A DNA stretch of 64,000 bases from Amphiscolops sp. MND2022 (Eukaryota), in assembly GCA_964187785.1 (NCBI GenBank), contig OZ076411.1, forward strand, positions 62,062,001 through 62,126,000. Reading direction: 5' to 3'. Below the pieces are notes generated by a model that was not told where the DNA came from, searched no databases, and saw only the letters and a list, made by a program, of their open reading frames with translations. The position numbers and the translations under genes were made by a program. Below, one piece after another: positions 37,080 to 49,157 of the stretch (the first letter of the stretch is position 1; the number at the start of each line of letters is the position of its first letter).

Positions 37080-38860
37080 TGCATCCTCCGCTGCTGTGAG
37101 TGGTTTGACACAGATCCGTTCTACTATCTGCTGTGGGCGAGAAGATCACCACAAGTAACAATTCAAACAAATTGCTTTCCTTCCTCCCAGACCGCAAGGA
37201 AAATTCCATCTTGGCGTTTACCGTCTGATTGTGTCAGACCATGTGGTTCCAGAATTGACGGAACTTTGATGGAATTCAGCGCCTGTTTCACGGGAGTATT
37301 TAGGATGTGTTGCCTCGAAAAAAGTTTCGCGCTTCTGGCACAGGAAAGACCATGATGTCCGCTCTCTACGACAAGTTTACCACAACGGCAAGTGTGTTTT
37401 TCGCAAGATTTCGCTGCCAGACAGAAAGATAATGAGATGCACAGTTGCTGATCTGTTAACTTCAGACCGAGATTTTTGTTTGTACAACAAACAGCCAAGC
37501 TGAACCAGAGGTGCCTTGGTGGGCATTCAGTTTTTTGACATTTCCCGCATCAAGGTCTGTTATAAGCTGATCAAAAGTAGCATCGCTCAATGGAGACAGC
37601 CCTTGTTCTTGGATGAAGTTCGACAGGGCTTCTGATAGGTTCGTCCTCGTCAACCACAATTTCAAAGCCTTTTGAAACGATACATCAACATAGTCTTCCA
37701 GGAAGAAACACGACAGAGCACACTTGGCACCCGTTGCTGAAACTAAAACAGCAAGAAGAGTAATCTGTGAAGACGATGCAATGCCTTTGGAGTCTGGGAG
37801 AATCGCCTGAGTATAGCTGCTTTCATTAAAATTCACATTACATATTCTGGAGAAGGACTTGCGAATAATGGAATCATACTGCTGTAGGAGGTCCAACTCT
37901 TTAAAGCAAATGCTCGAACGAAGAGAATATAGTTTTTAAGTAGACTGAAGCAATTCTTAAACAGGTAGAAACCATAGTGGCCGTCTAGTTTCACAACCGA
38001 TTCAGAGAGAATTTGCAATTTTCCATAGGACTCGACGGGCATTTGATTCCATTGGCGACCCTGAAGTTTCCAACTTCTCACGGTCCTCTACTTTTTTCCC
38101 GGGCAAATTTCGTCGAAAAGCACTTTGATTCTCTTTTTTGAGTGTGCGCTTTTTTCGCTGCAAATTTTGAGGAACATCAGGTCACCTTTAGTTTTTTCGA
38201 GTTATAACCAATACTCGGCGCTAGCAATCGTCGTCGAGGTACCAAACATTATATTGCGAAACCATTTGGCTAACGAGGTCTTGGATAGTATCGGAGAAGA
38301 GAGCTAGACGTTCGGTGTCCCATTGCTGACAGCCCCCTGACGATTGTATAACTTTCTTCCCGAAGAAAATATGAGAGGTTTCGCTATATGCAGAGTGCGT
38401 ATAATTGAAAATCTAGTGTCTTTTTCGCAACACAGTGTCTAACATTTTGTCACGTTTCATCAAGTTAAAAGCCTATTTGAAATCCATCTCCAGAAAAACG
38501 TTTTCAGGATTCTGCTCGTTCTAAATGAGGTTTCGAAAAACATGTGCTACGATTTCATCTCCACGACTTGTTCCGCAGCCGGACTGCGTACCATGGAAAT
38601 CACTTCGTCGTTGGTCAGTCGCGAAGTAGCTCACACATTTTGAGCATATTCAACGCAGGGAATTTCCAACTGCAATTGGTCAAATTCCGCCGTCTTTTTT
38701 CCGAAGACCAATATTTTAAGCACCAAAGAAAAAAGTCTCAAACCGGCAGGGACTTTGCTCTCTAAGACAATATTCAGGACGCTTGTTAGTACCAAGAAAC
38801 TACTCATAACAGCCACCATTCCAGTTGACCGGTTGAAACAAGTCTCAAAAAAGCTGCAAT
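37080..38860 (-). mobile_element. Decayed CRE-like non-LTR retrotransposon fragment (RT + Zn knuckle + start of restriction-like endonuclease)
   Basis: FFGA..IGLRKKDGGI*PIAVGNSLR, GCQQWD (~38320-38337), WYLDD (~38228-38245), HTCRCG..GHHGLSC, LEPHGL..SDGKRQDG..WEEGKQ. Many frameshifts and stops. Confidence 0.85.
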
Positions 38861-38884
38861 AATATACAGGTGTAAAAAGTAACT

Positions 38885-39290
38885 ACATATAAAAAGTTTC
38901 TTCAAACGCATTTTCCAGCTCTTTGATCGACGTGCGAAATGACAGAGCATTTTACAGAGACGCGTGATGGAACTTACACTGCCCTCGCGTAAACAACCCT
39001 GTACTTTCATGGCCATCAGTTGGAAAATGTAACCAATAACTATTATTTCGCGAAATTTCCCAACCTTCAGCCTTGGTGGTGATGGTTCCCTAGTTGCAAA
39101 ATGAGCATTTTATTCAGTCGACTGGTCGCAAGAGCATCCACAACCGTGACATACCGTACCAGCTGTTCACCCATTTCACAATGAATCATGGTAATACCGA
39201 CTGGTGGGTTGCCATCAGTTCGGCACAGTCGACGCAACACGAGCAACCAAGGCAAGTCGAGAGGATTCTGGACGTTTAGGCCACAGATGT
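38885..39290 (-). mobile_element. 3'-terminal fragment of a second CRE-like element (RLE C-terminus)
   Basis: DGNPPVGITMI..EMGEQLVRYVTVVDALATSRL, then VQGCL..ITRLCKMLC and ..FEETFYM*. This is the C-terminal RLE region, directly upstream of the RT fragment. Confidence 0.75.
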
Positions 39291-39553
39291 GTCAGTGACA
39301 ATATGGCGTCGGACGTTTCGGCGACAACAGTCGCCGAAACGTCCTCTGAAAGCTGAAAACCAAAACAAAACAAGGGGAACAGGAATTAGGTCTAAGGCAT
39401 GACGTCTAAAAAAAGAACACCGTCTGAAAGCGTTTAAAATATTATTCAGGACTTTACCCTACAGAATATGGGGTAAACTGGACATCCTTCACACAAGATC
39501 CTGAGAGCACCACCGCCTAAGATCTAAAGGAAAAAGATCCAACAACTGAAAGG

Positions 39554-39735
39554 TGGGGCATATCCGGTGTATGCACACTCGCCCTCACCGTCGCAAAGAC
39601 CAGCTCCAACTGCGATTGCTTCGCGATCTCCGTTCCCGCTTTGTCTTTGCTCATGTTCGACCTCGCTCAGCATGATGGGAGCATAAGCGGCCCTAAGGGG
39701 CTGCGGGGCACTAGATGAAACAGGGGCAATTCCGA
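39554..39735 (+). mobile_element. ~180-bp dispersed repeat, copy 3
   Basis: Same family, more diverged hairpin (GCGGCCCTAAGGGGCTGC), GGGCACTAG. Confidence 0.65.
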
Positions 39736-41449
39736 GGAACGTTATATACGCAAAGGTAACTATGTAAAGTTTTTAGCTTTTCGGAGGACGTTTCGCCGAC
39801 AAAGACATTTCCCGGAAACATCTTATTTCCAGTCCAGAGATCAAAATGGAAGTTTTATGAGAAAATTGACAGTAGCGTGACGTGAGAAGTGACAAGCACC
39901 ATGGGTGCAAGAAAGACCGTCAACTGTTCCGTTTAACTTTTTCATACCACACTCGCACGTATGCGCAACACAGATAGCATGCCTTAGAAACCAGTTAGAT
40001 CGCATCGATTTTGATACACTACTGCAAGTTCTGTCTCGCTAAGTGTTTTCTCGGAAAAAATATTTACGACAACTGTGTAAACGAGACAAAGACGTGGCTC
40101 TTAGAAACGACTCCTTAAAAGAAGAAACGTGCAACTGCAGTAGCATTGACCTTTTCTGGAGAACTGGCGAAGGATATCCCCACAGCAGAGCTCATTTCAG
40201 ACGACGGTATAGTGATAATTTATAATCTGTAGGGGAAGCTAAATGAAAGCTTCGAGAAAAACTCTGCCGACCATTTCTACGAAGCTTTTGAAGTCATTGA
40301 TAGCTCCAACGAAACGGACGCGGGTAACAGTTCCGATTGTTTTATGGGCTTCAAAAGATCATCACAAGTCATTTCGCTTGAAGTCATTTGGCTTAATTTT
40401 CTCGGCGAGAAATTTAGCTCCAGAGTTTCAAGTAAGGAGACCATTAAAATAGGCCACTGCTAGTTTAACTCAAGCGATGGCTAGACACAACTCACTCAAG
40501 ACTGCCAAGTTATTCAAATCTCGAAGAAAGTTACGAAATGTTCATCATGTTTGTTGTATGGCTCGGTCAATGCGCTCTCTTCGTCAAGTAGCAACGATGC
40601 GGCATGGTCGCTTCGCTCCTCCATTTAGGGCACTAGGTCTACGTTATGATAGAAATTTCCTCAAAATCTGCCAGGCGTTTCCATCTGTGACATTAAGCCA
40701 AGGACCTAAAGCCAAGTGTCCAATTACCAAAAAGATCATAAGCCAGCAAAATATGGATTGAACCAATCAGTTCAGGCTAAAATGTTGCTAAAGGACGCTA
40801 ATAACGAATTAAACCAATGAGAATAGTTATTTGGAACTCCAATGATATGGAGTAAGATTTTATCAAGTGTACAGTCGCATTGGCACCTTTCCACAGCGCT
40901 ACAATGAAAAAGAGGCCACCACAGTGGTGTAACCGGAAACGAAAATGCAGATTGTACACGTTGTGTGGCTCGAAAGGCGATGGAAATGTTTGAATGTATG
41001 GCCCGAAAACTCTGAATTGTTTCGCAGCCTAAAAATGGCCTATTTTTGCCTAATGCCCTTTTTAATTGTGTTGTTTCCAGTTTTGTTACCAACGTTACAA
41101 TAACGAATACGCAAACTGGACATCAAACCAGACGACTTGCCAGATCATTTGAAACAAGTTAGAATTCAGTTGAATTATCAACTTTCAGGGTTGACCTTTT
41201 ATTCTTGTTTTCCGATTGAAACCAAAATACAGTGTTTTATTCGAAGTTGATCAAAGTTTAACACAACCATGTAACACAACCATGCAACCCAGGGATGGGT
41301 TTTAAAAAATTGACACTATAATGAGTGCCAGAAAATTAAAAGAAAAATTTTGCTTTTCTTTTTCGAACAAACTATTAGTGTACAATATTTTTTCTGATAA
41401 AATGGTTTTTTTGTGAGTAGACGTGCCGCTCAGATGTGTTTCGTATCGC

Positions 41450-42450
41450 GCAGTAATATTCGAGTATGCTATTAGCTTTATTTTGGCACATTGTTTAACG
41501 ATTTCAGAACGCGTTTGGAGCCCGTTTACGCTGGAAGCCCATTTTTCTGGCAGGTAATTCTCATTAGTGGAAAATCAAAGTTGTAAACACAATTGTTGTT
41601 AATAATGATGTCCATAATTAGAATTTAGAACAATTGGTGTTCTTTCAAAATAGCAAAAAAAATATAGTTTATAATATTTATTTTTCGGGGCCGCCGATAA
41701 AATATATTTATTTTTCAGATACAATATCATTGCTATACAAAATCACCCATCCCTGATGCAACCACTAAGGAACACAACGAGAGTGAAAGTCTATTTAAGC
41801 TCAGACAATGTTTCAACCTAATTCGAGAATATCTAATCAATGCTTTTTTAGATGTTGGTACACAGTTTTTTAATCTCAGAAAAATTGCCCGTTCGTTTCC
41901 AGGAAATTCGGTTACGGATATGAAAACGCGCCTATCCAATCCCGAGATTTGGAAGGCTTTAATATTTAGCCCACTGCAGTGACCATCCTTTTCGACACGT
42001 ATCAAGATGATTACCAGGTCAGAGATGTTCTGACCTGTTCTTTTCAATACTCGCAAACTTGTTGTCATTTTCAGGCCTATTTAAAACCAAGCGCTCACAG
42101 AGAAGCAAGTTCTCCAAACGCCAGTGACGAAGCAGTTCTCCAAGAACACTGCGATGTTTCGACTGGAAGGAAATGAGCCGACCGTCTGCCAGAGTTACTT
42201 CTTTTATATTTTAATATGAACTTTTTTAAATTCTTACATGTGTATATATTTTGACTATGTTTTGACTCATGCTTGAAGTTCATCAAGCATCATTTGAGCA
42301 TAATAATGAAAGGAAAAGAAAATCCGAATGTTTTATAATTGACTACGTTGCTACAGGAGACGACGAAGTTGAGATCGATGATGATGATGATGATGAAGAA
42401 AGCATTCTCCAGCAACACATTTTGACCAATAGGCATCAAATAGCCTCCTA
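41450..42450 (+). pseudogene. Unassigned spliced gene remnant converging on the SET gene
   Basis: Putative donor CAG|GTAATT (~41553), acceptor TTTTTCAG|ATACAA (~41719), and a 56-nt GTCAGA...TTTCAG intron (~42019-42074). Protein-like frame YFGTLFNDFRTRLEPVYAGSPFFWQ/IQYHCYTKSP...SNPEIWKAL with stops, and an acidic tail (EIDDDDDDEE). No family recognised. Confidence 0.35.
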
Positions 42451-42678
42451 AACGATCCGACCGTCTGCCCCAGTTGGTTCTTTTAAACGATGACGTGAGA
42501 GTCTCCATCGATATCCTATTTTTCTGATAATCCATCGGCATAAGTTGAACTCAAAGTTGACAAAGAAAGCAAAATAGGAAAGTACTATTTTTGACTATGT
42601 GACTATGACCAATATTCCAAACAGAAAATTAAAAAAAAACAGATCACTTTGAAACAAAAGTCGAGTTTATCAATGGTT

Positions 42679-43150
42679 TTATTTATTGTTACCACCAAAA
42701 ACGCGATTGGATCCAAGGTCCATGTAATCAAACATCAGCTGCTCTAGATGTACAATTTTTCGCTTTGCAAAAAGGAGCACGTAACGCGGACTAATTCTTA
42801 ACTGTGTACATTTCATTTCGACCAACTTCATGTTGCGAGCTGGGTTGACCTTTCCACCATCGAAAGTACTTGAGTTGTTGCACAATCGTGCAAGGCACCT
42901 TCTGCCATCGTTGAGGATGGGGCAAATATCTGAGGTTTTACGAATAATTCTTCCTGGCCATGTTTTAAACTCGATTTAGTATTGTGGCTTGCGGTTGCCT
43001 GGGTCCAGACTGCAGTAGTAGTCGACGTTGTTTTCTTCTACATGTCCGTGGTAGTCAAACATAACGTTATCCTTGTTAATTTGTTTGGTCGCGATTATTC
43101 GTTGACCCATAGTAGGATAAACAACATCGATAGACAAACCCCTGACCATA
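42679..43150 (-). pseudogene. SET-domain (KMT5A/SETD8/PR-Set7-like) methyltransferase, copy 1
   Basis: Single frame: GLSIDVVYPTMGQRIIATKQINKDNVMFDYHGHVEE...Y*IEFKT...RCLARLCNNS...PRYVLLFAKRKIVHLEQLMFDYMD. It matches SET motifs GxGxxATK..xYHG, RxxNHS and ELxxDY. One internal stop at 42976-42978. Confidence 0.85.
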
Positions 43151-43924
43151 TTTGGTTTTCGCTTCTAACTTTCAGGTCATCTTGGAGGAAGTAGGGGGAA
43201 GTGCAAATACTCCATTCCAGATTTGGATTGAATGCCTCTTTGCGTGAAGTTTGTAGAGATCTTGATACACCAGACAATCTAGAAGAAGCATCAAAGACTC
43301 TCTTTACATCAGCCAGTTAACCAAGTTAGCAAAATCGAATAGTCTCGTTCTTTCTTTCGCAGGATCTGTCAAGGCTGTAGACGGTCACCCTAGTGTCTGC
43401 TCTTTGATGTCTAAGTGTTTGATTTTTTTGTTTTGACTACTTTCATAAACGTTCTGTCATCGTAACATCCGCAGGGCCTCAACTGTTTTTTGACTTCCAT
43501 CATCAGGTAAGATTCAGACCAAACTTCTTCTTCTGCTGAACTTTTTGAAAGTGTCATAATTTTGACGGTTTTTTCCAATCTGTCCAATTAACGTCCAGCT
43601 GGGTTTCTTATCAAGTCAGAAAATTAGAACACGCATTTAAGTAAAGAAATAAGAAAATGCGAATGCAGGCTGGAAGGTTCCTTTGGTATTTTAGCTTGTG
43701 ATTTTTGCTTATGGTTACTATCGACTAATACCTATCAAACTAAGTAATTCTTATCAAATTTTATTTGGTCAGTTACCTGATCAATTCAATTGCTCACGTT
43801 CCGCATTGAATTGTGTTTTTTCCAATCTGTTGAGAAGAAATTCTCTGTTACGACGTAGTATGGTGTTTTCTCTTGACTGGGTGACTGCATGAACATTTTG
43901 TTCTAGTCAATGCCTTCAGGTTTG

Positions 43925-44500
43925 ATAAAATGCGAATTGTCCAGCTTCAAAATATAATAACATTTTAGCCAATATAGTGGGGAAATCTGAAACCGTCTTA
44001 GTTCCCAGCTTCATTATCGATTTGCAGGACTTACGAGTCACTTGAATTAGAAGTTCTATTCTGCTGAATTTGAGGGAACTTCTCTAAAACGGCATGAGTT
44101 GCGATGCTCAAACTTTTGCCATCTTCACAGTTATGAATGGAAAGTTCCTGCAAACAAGCAATGAGTTCCCCAAACAAATTGGTTTTGTCAAGGCCGGAGG
44201 TTTTGCCAATTTGAATTGCTTCATTATGTCATACAGTTCTGACCAGAGACGCGCCTCAACAGTTGTGCATAATGTTAGGTGCACCGGGTAATTTCTTGCA
44301 AATTTTTCTCATAATTCTTGGGAACACATCGTTTACTTTTTGAGTCATGGTTATCTTCATTAAGTTTCCGCTTGTTCGCTAACCTTTATATTGGAGAAAG
44401 GTGAACGTATCCTTCGTTCAACTTGGATGAAACTTGGCCACCTTTTAGACGACACACCGGGTGATCCATACAGTTAGTTGCGCCGAACTAGATGGATCTA
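43925..44500 (-). pseudogene. Tyrosine-recombinase-like region upstream of and co-oriented with the SET domain, copy 1
   Basis: TRKSCKSIMK-x12-LAKMLLYFEAGQFAFY fits box II spacing (RK...AxxMxH-x8-Y), with His read as TAT, one transition from CAT. Weaker matches upstream: AQLTVWITR..KVAK (box I-like) and YKG*R. Degenerate. Confidence 0.5.
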
Positions 44501-46699
44501 AGGGAGCACCAGGGGCTTTTCTAAGGGAGTACTCATGTAGTATGCGACGCTGCTTTCATTCGAAATAAACGGAAAGTTAAACGTTTCATTTGGTGCATCT
44601 AACTTTGTGACAGACGTGCTAGTCCCCATACAGTGAACGAGAGAGCTTTCTTACGTTGAGGAGTGGTAATCGTTTTGTAAAATGAGACTGTTTTCTAGCT
44701 AGTGTTTGGATTGAATGGTAAAAGCTCAATCCACTTCTTTACCGATCAAATTCGAACCAATTCAAGGATGCTTTGTCAATCAATTGTGGTATATTATAAT
44801 TAGTGAAAAACGGTAATCCTCTCAATATATTGAACATATAGATGATTATATATTTCTGATAATGAATACAAAAATTTTTGAAAAAAGTAGTTTGTGACAA
44901 TGTTGAAAATTTTTCGGATATCCAACATAGAATTTGATAAAAATGAACTCTTTTAAGGACGTTTTTCAAATCAACTCTGATATCAATTACTTGGTGACGT
45001 GCGAACCTTCAATCTTTGGTTCAAAATAGGGAATAAAAACCGAAGTATGGAGTACCCTTAGCTAATATGCATAACAGCAGTTGACATGTTGCTCATCCGT
45101 TTCAGAGTTTGCAATGAAAGGCCCATACATTTCTAAGTTTGAAAATGTCCATACATTTCCGAGTTTGAAGAAATGTTGATATCTTGAAACTCTGTCTGGA
45201 TATCTAAAATGGAATTTGAATTGTCGGATCTTTTTAAAACATATATATCACCAATATTTATTAGAAGATGTGTTTCAGGGTGCCGGAAAAAAATCAGCGA
45301 AAAAGTTGCCTGCCAGAGGCACATGTACAAAGTCTTGGCACCAAGGAAAAGATTTCAGCAAGAGCTCCACCAATAGTTCATCTGTATCACACAAAAGATT
45401 TACAGCCGGGAAAATTTATTTCTTGTTTTTGGGAATGTTGCCGGAAAGACAGAGGACCGTCCTCTAGCCACCATAGAACTGCTCAATACCCCCTCGGAAG
45501 AACCTGCACCCTGGAAGTGTTTTTGTTACAAAGGGACGAATAGTACCCTGTAAATTTGTTGGAACCAAAAACAGAAAACATTCAAAAACTGTGCAACAAA
45601 AATTCTGCTTGCCATAACCTGAAGCGTTAACACAAATTTTTTTACCTTAAAGGACAATCCGGTGTTCCTCAACCGAAGCGCAAAGGCAACGACCCTGGTC
45701 TGAAGAGAGACGGCGGGAAGGGAAAAGGTATTCGCATCGCATCCAAGACCTGGATAAGATCAAAAGGTAGCCAAAGAAGAAGATCGAACATCCACAACAC
45801 CAAGCGAGAATGGCTTCGAGAGAGAGGAGAGACCAGAAAAGAACGTACCGGCTGTTTACATCGAATCAAGTTACGACAGCAATGAAGAGGGGGAAAACGT
45901 TTAAAAAGACAGAGGTGTAGAAGGAGAAGTAGGAAGGCACGTTCCCCAAGGTACGAAAAATCCTGTTGCTTGACTTATATCGATTTTAGACAATACCAGG
46001 TCCTCCAGGGAGAGGAAGTTGAAGACGGACAAAGTGTAGAAGAAAAATTAGAAGAGCACGTTGTACGTGGTACAAAAAAATCCAGTTGTTTTACGAAAAT
46101 GAAGGAGAAGCACAATTATCTGTCCGAATGTATAAACCTGTCAGTGTACGTTTTCAGTTTTACAATTTTAGAAGTCGAATTTTAGAAGCGAATTGTTATG
46201 TCTTTTAAGTGCAATTTTTCACTTACAACATATGTCTATTTCAGCTGCAAAAACGTGTCTGGCAAGGATTTTGCAAACGCTATTCATTTTAGAGCTATGA
46301 TCGGCCCAATGGATGTCCTCGATCTCAACTCTAGTCTCATTAAGAATTTCATTTCTCCTAACCAAAAACCCTTAAAGAACTTTCATGTCTGATTTGTTTG
46401 ATTTTGAGCTGGAGAAAAGCTGCTATGTTCTCCTCAGTCAAAGTAGTTCCATTACACCTTAGTTTGTTAACTACACGAAAACCAGCGTCTTTTACTATCT
46501 TCTCCACGTTAGAAAAGAGTTTTCATGACTCCCACAACTGTTCGAGAACAAGAAATTCTCGAGAGTTGGAGCTTAGGCAAAAAAAGTTAATGTTTTCTTA
46601 CCAAGTGACCCCCACGTCCAAGGTCAAGTGTTTAAAGTGACGACAACAGCCAGCGAGTCATTAATCATCCTAGCAGGGATGAAACATATGGTTCAGAAC

Positions 46700-47100
46700 A
46701 TGCGAAGACAGCGTGGCTGTAAAATTCACTTTTCCCACCATATGTGAACTGCGTAGGCATACTTATTGCACTAATACTCATCAAAATTTTCATCATTTTT
46801 TCGGACTGTTGAAAAAATGTTCCACGAATGCTTGTGCATGACTTTAGACAGGACGTTGACTGTTTACCGGAGGGAACTGGACAATGGTGAGTCTCTGGAG
46901 AAATGCGTTCCCCATTTCTTATCGTCAATGACAAAGGTGTTACTAGAGTGTACCATTGGAGAATGCAGGCTGCTGAAATGGGAGTTTTTGGCCAAAGCAC
47001 TATTTGTCCTCAGCTTCCTTTCCAAACCATTCCAAAACAGACAGTCGATCCAAAAACAATCCAAGGAAGTTTGTTCAAACTATCAACCGGTACATGTCTG
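46700..47100 (-). pseudogene. Possible Ulp1/C48-like cysteine protease remnant, copy 1 (copy 2 ~58923-59323)
   Basis: TPISAACILQWYTLV (46941-46958; CAA is one change from His, giving the HWxLxV motif), then frameshifted VIDDKK...DS. A convincing QxxxxDCG motif was not found. Confidence 0.3.
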
Positions 47101-47289
47101 CCAAGTTCTCGAACAGGAACATATCATTATAGTAATTATTTCAAATTGTTTCCAGGACACTCGGTAAAGACTTGAGAATAGAACATTAGGTATTCGCATA
47201 AACTCACAGCGGATTCGGATGAGAGTATTATCACTGTTTTCATTCATCAATTTTTGGTCTCTCAGCTGGCTATTTCGTTCAAAACCATT

Positions 47290-48300
47290 TTCGAGAAAAA
47301 ATCTGGTTTTTTAATTCTTTTCTATATTTCCTACAACGATAAATTTTATTTAATTCGTGTATATTTTTATTGAAGTTCGAAAATGTTTTCAGCATTATTT
47401 CAGCTTTTTCTATGTTCCTCTAAATTCATATTTTTTTGCAATTTCAAAGGAGGTGAATTTAGATTCGATTATGATTCACAATGTGAATATTTCAAACGGG
47501 AGATTTCCTACTGTTTTGTTTCAACAAATTGTGGTTTCTTTGCTGATTACTTCGTTGAAAACCATTATCGAGACAAAATATTTCATGTCAAATGTTGTTT
47601 ATATATGTTATGTTAATATACTTTATTTTATTCTTTTATATAATTTTTGAATCTCGAACAAGGCTTCCAACGAACTATTTCAACACTCGTTCTAATTTCT
47701 TTTAACTTCACATTTTTTTCGCAGTCTTAAAAGGTGTGAATTTAGATTATGATTCACTTGTGAATTTTCCAAATGGAGATATTTCCACTGTTTTAATTGA
47801 TTTTTTTTGGTTTTTCAGCTGATCGAATCGTTGGAAACCATATTCGAGATGGAATGGTAATTCAAAAAATATTTATAACTCTTATTTTATTATACTTTAT
47901 TTCATTCTTATACATAATCATTAAATCTCGGAAATGATTTTTAACGAACTATTTCAGCACTTGTTGTGAGTACATCTAGTTTTACATTTTTTCCGCAGTT
48001 TGAAAGGGGGTGAATCTAAATTATAAATCAGAGTGTGAATAGTTCAAACGGGAATTTTTTCACTGTTTTACTTGAACAATTTTTGGTTTTTCAGCTGATT
48101 AAATTGCTGAAAATCTTTTTCTAGATAAAGTACAATTTTTCACATATTCTTCAAATCTACTATAATAATATATTTTATTGTATTGTTATATATCAATACG
48201 AAATTGCTAAATTTGTTTTCGACAATATATTTCAGTTCTTGTTCTGATTTCACATTTTTTCGCAGTCCCCAAGGAGTGAAGTTTAGGTGAAGTTTACTGT
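47290..48300. repeat. Diverged ~275-bp tandem repeat (3-4 units), copy 1 (copy 2 ~59515-60525)
   Basis: The motif TTTTTCGCAGT..AAGG(A/G/T)GTGAA(T/G)TT...GTGAAT..TTCAAA(C/T)GG...ACTGTTTT recurs near 47435, 47715, 47990 and 48255. Confidence 0.75.
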
Positions 48301-48619
48301 AGTACTTTAGAATGTGGATTTTCATCTCTCAGTTTTTAAAAGATTTGTTTTTATTTCTGCCTACTCTAGTTTAATATATTTTGCGCTGCTACGTTTCGCT
48401 ACATTATAATTTGTATTAAATTAGTATATTTCGATAGATTCATTTAAACAGTGACAACAAAAACAGTTTAAAAAAAGTTCAATGTTGGTTTAATCGAAGT
48501 TTTCACGTTCTTTTTTTATGATTATAAAAGTATTCCCAGTCTGATGAGTCTGGGGATGATTCGTCGCGTTCTTTTCGATCGTCATTTATTTGTTCTTGTT
48601 CACGATTCTTCAGCAACTC

Positions 48620-49157
48620 TCATCGTTTGCGAAGTATCGAAGTTATCACTGAAGTTGTCTTTTGTAGTTCGGGATTCCTCTGCAGGAGGAAAATTTTGCG
48701 ATGATCACGAACAGTAGTTGAAGGGAGGTCTGGCCCTGGTTTGAACGCAAAAGATTCCACTTCAAAGATTGTTGAAGTTTCGATTTTTTTCAGGATAAAG
48801 TCAACGGCAAAAAACATCCACCACTGGCTAAGTGCCAAAAAATATAACTGGCTCGAGATCGTTTGTTCATATTTCTTTTTTTGCACGTTCCTTTGGCCAA
48901 AACTTCTGTGGCAAGGTTTCACCAGACGTCGTTGCTCTAATAAAATTTGTGTCATTTCGGAGAACCATGTGTGGCACCTTGAAGTGTCTGGAGAGGAAAG
49001 TATCGGATGCTGCTCGTTCTACAACTTTTACTTCCGCATTTTTGATTACTTTTTCGAGACACTCAGCGACGTCAAGATTTTTCCATCTTGGTTTTCTGTT
49101 GAATTTATTGCTTTTCCTTGAATTGGCCAAGCAGAAAGAGGCTCGATCCTGAAGCAA
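48620..49157 (-). pseudogene. Unassigned decayed ORF within the 12.2-kb unit (copy 2 60843-61380)
   Basis: Two overlapping protein-like frames (…RKPRWKNLDVAECLEKVIKNAEVKVVER… and …EQTISSQLYFLALSQWW…) suggest one frameshifted gene. No family recognised. Confidence 0.3.

Noticed and set aside
40040-41100. Decayed coding remnant (weak resemblance to PIF1/Helitron helicase motif VI or to a retroviral integrase)
   Set aside because: Different frames suggest different families and none has a full motif set; it cannot be assigned by eye.
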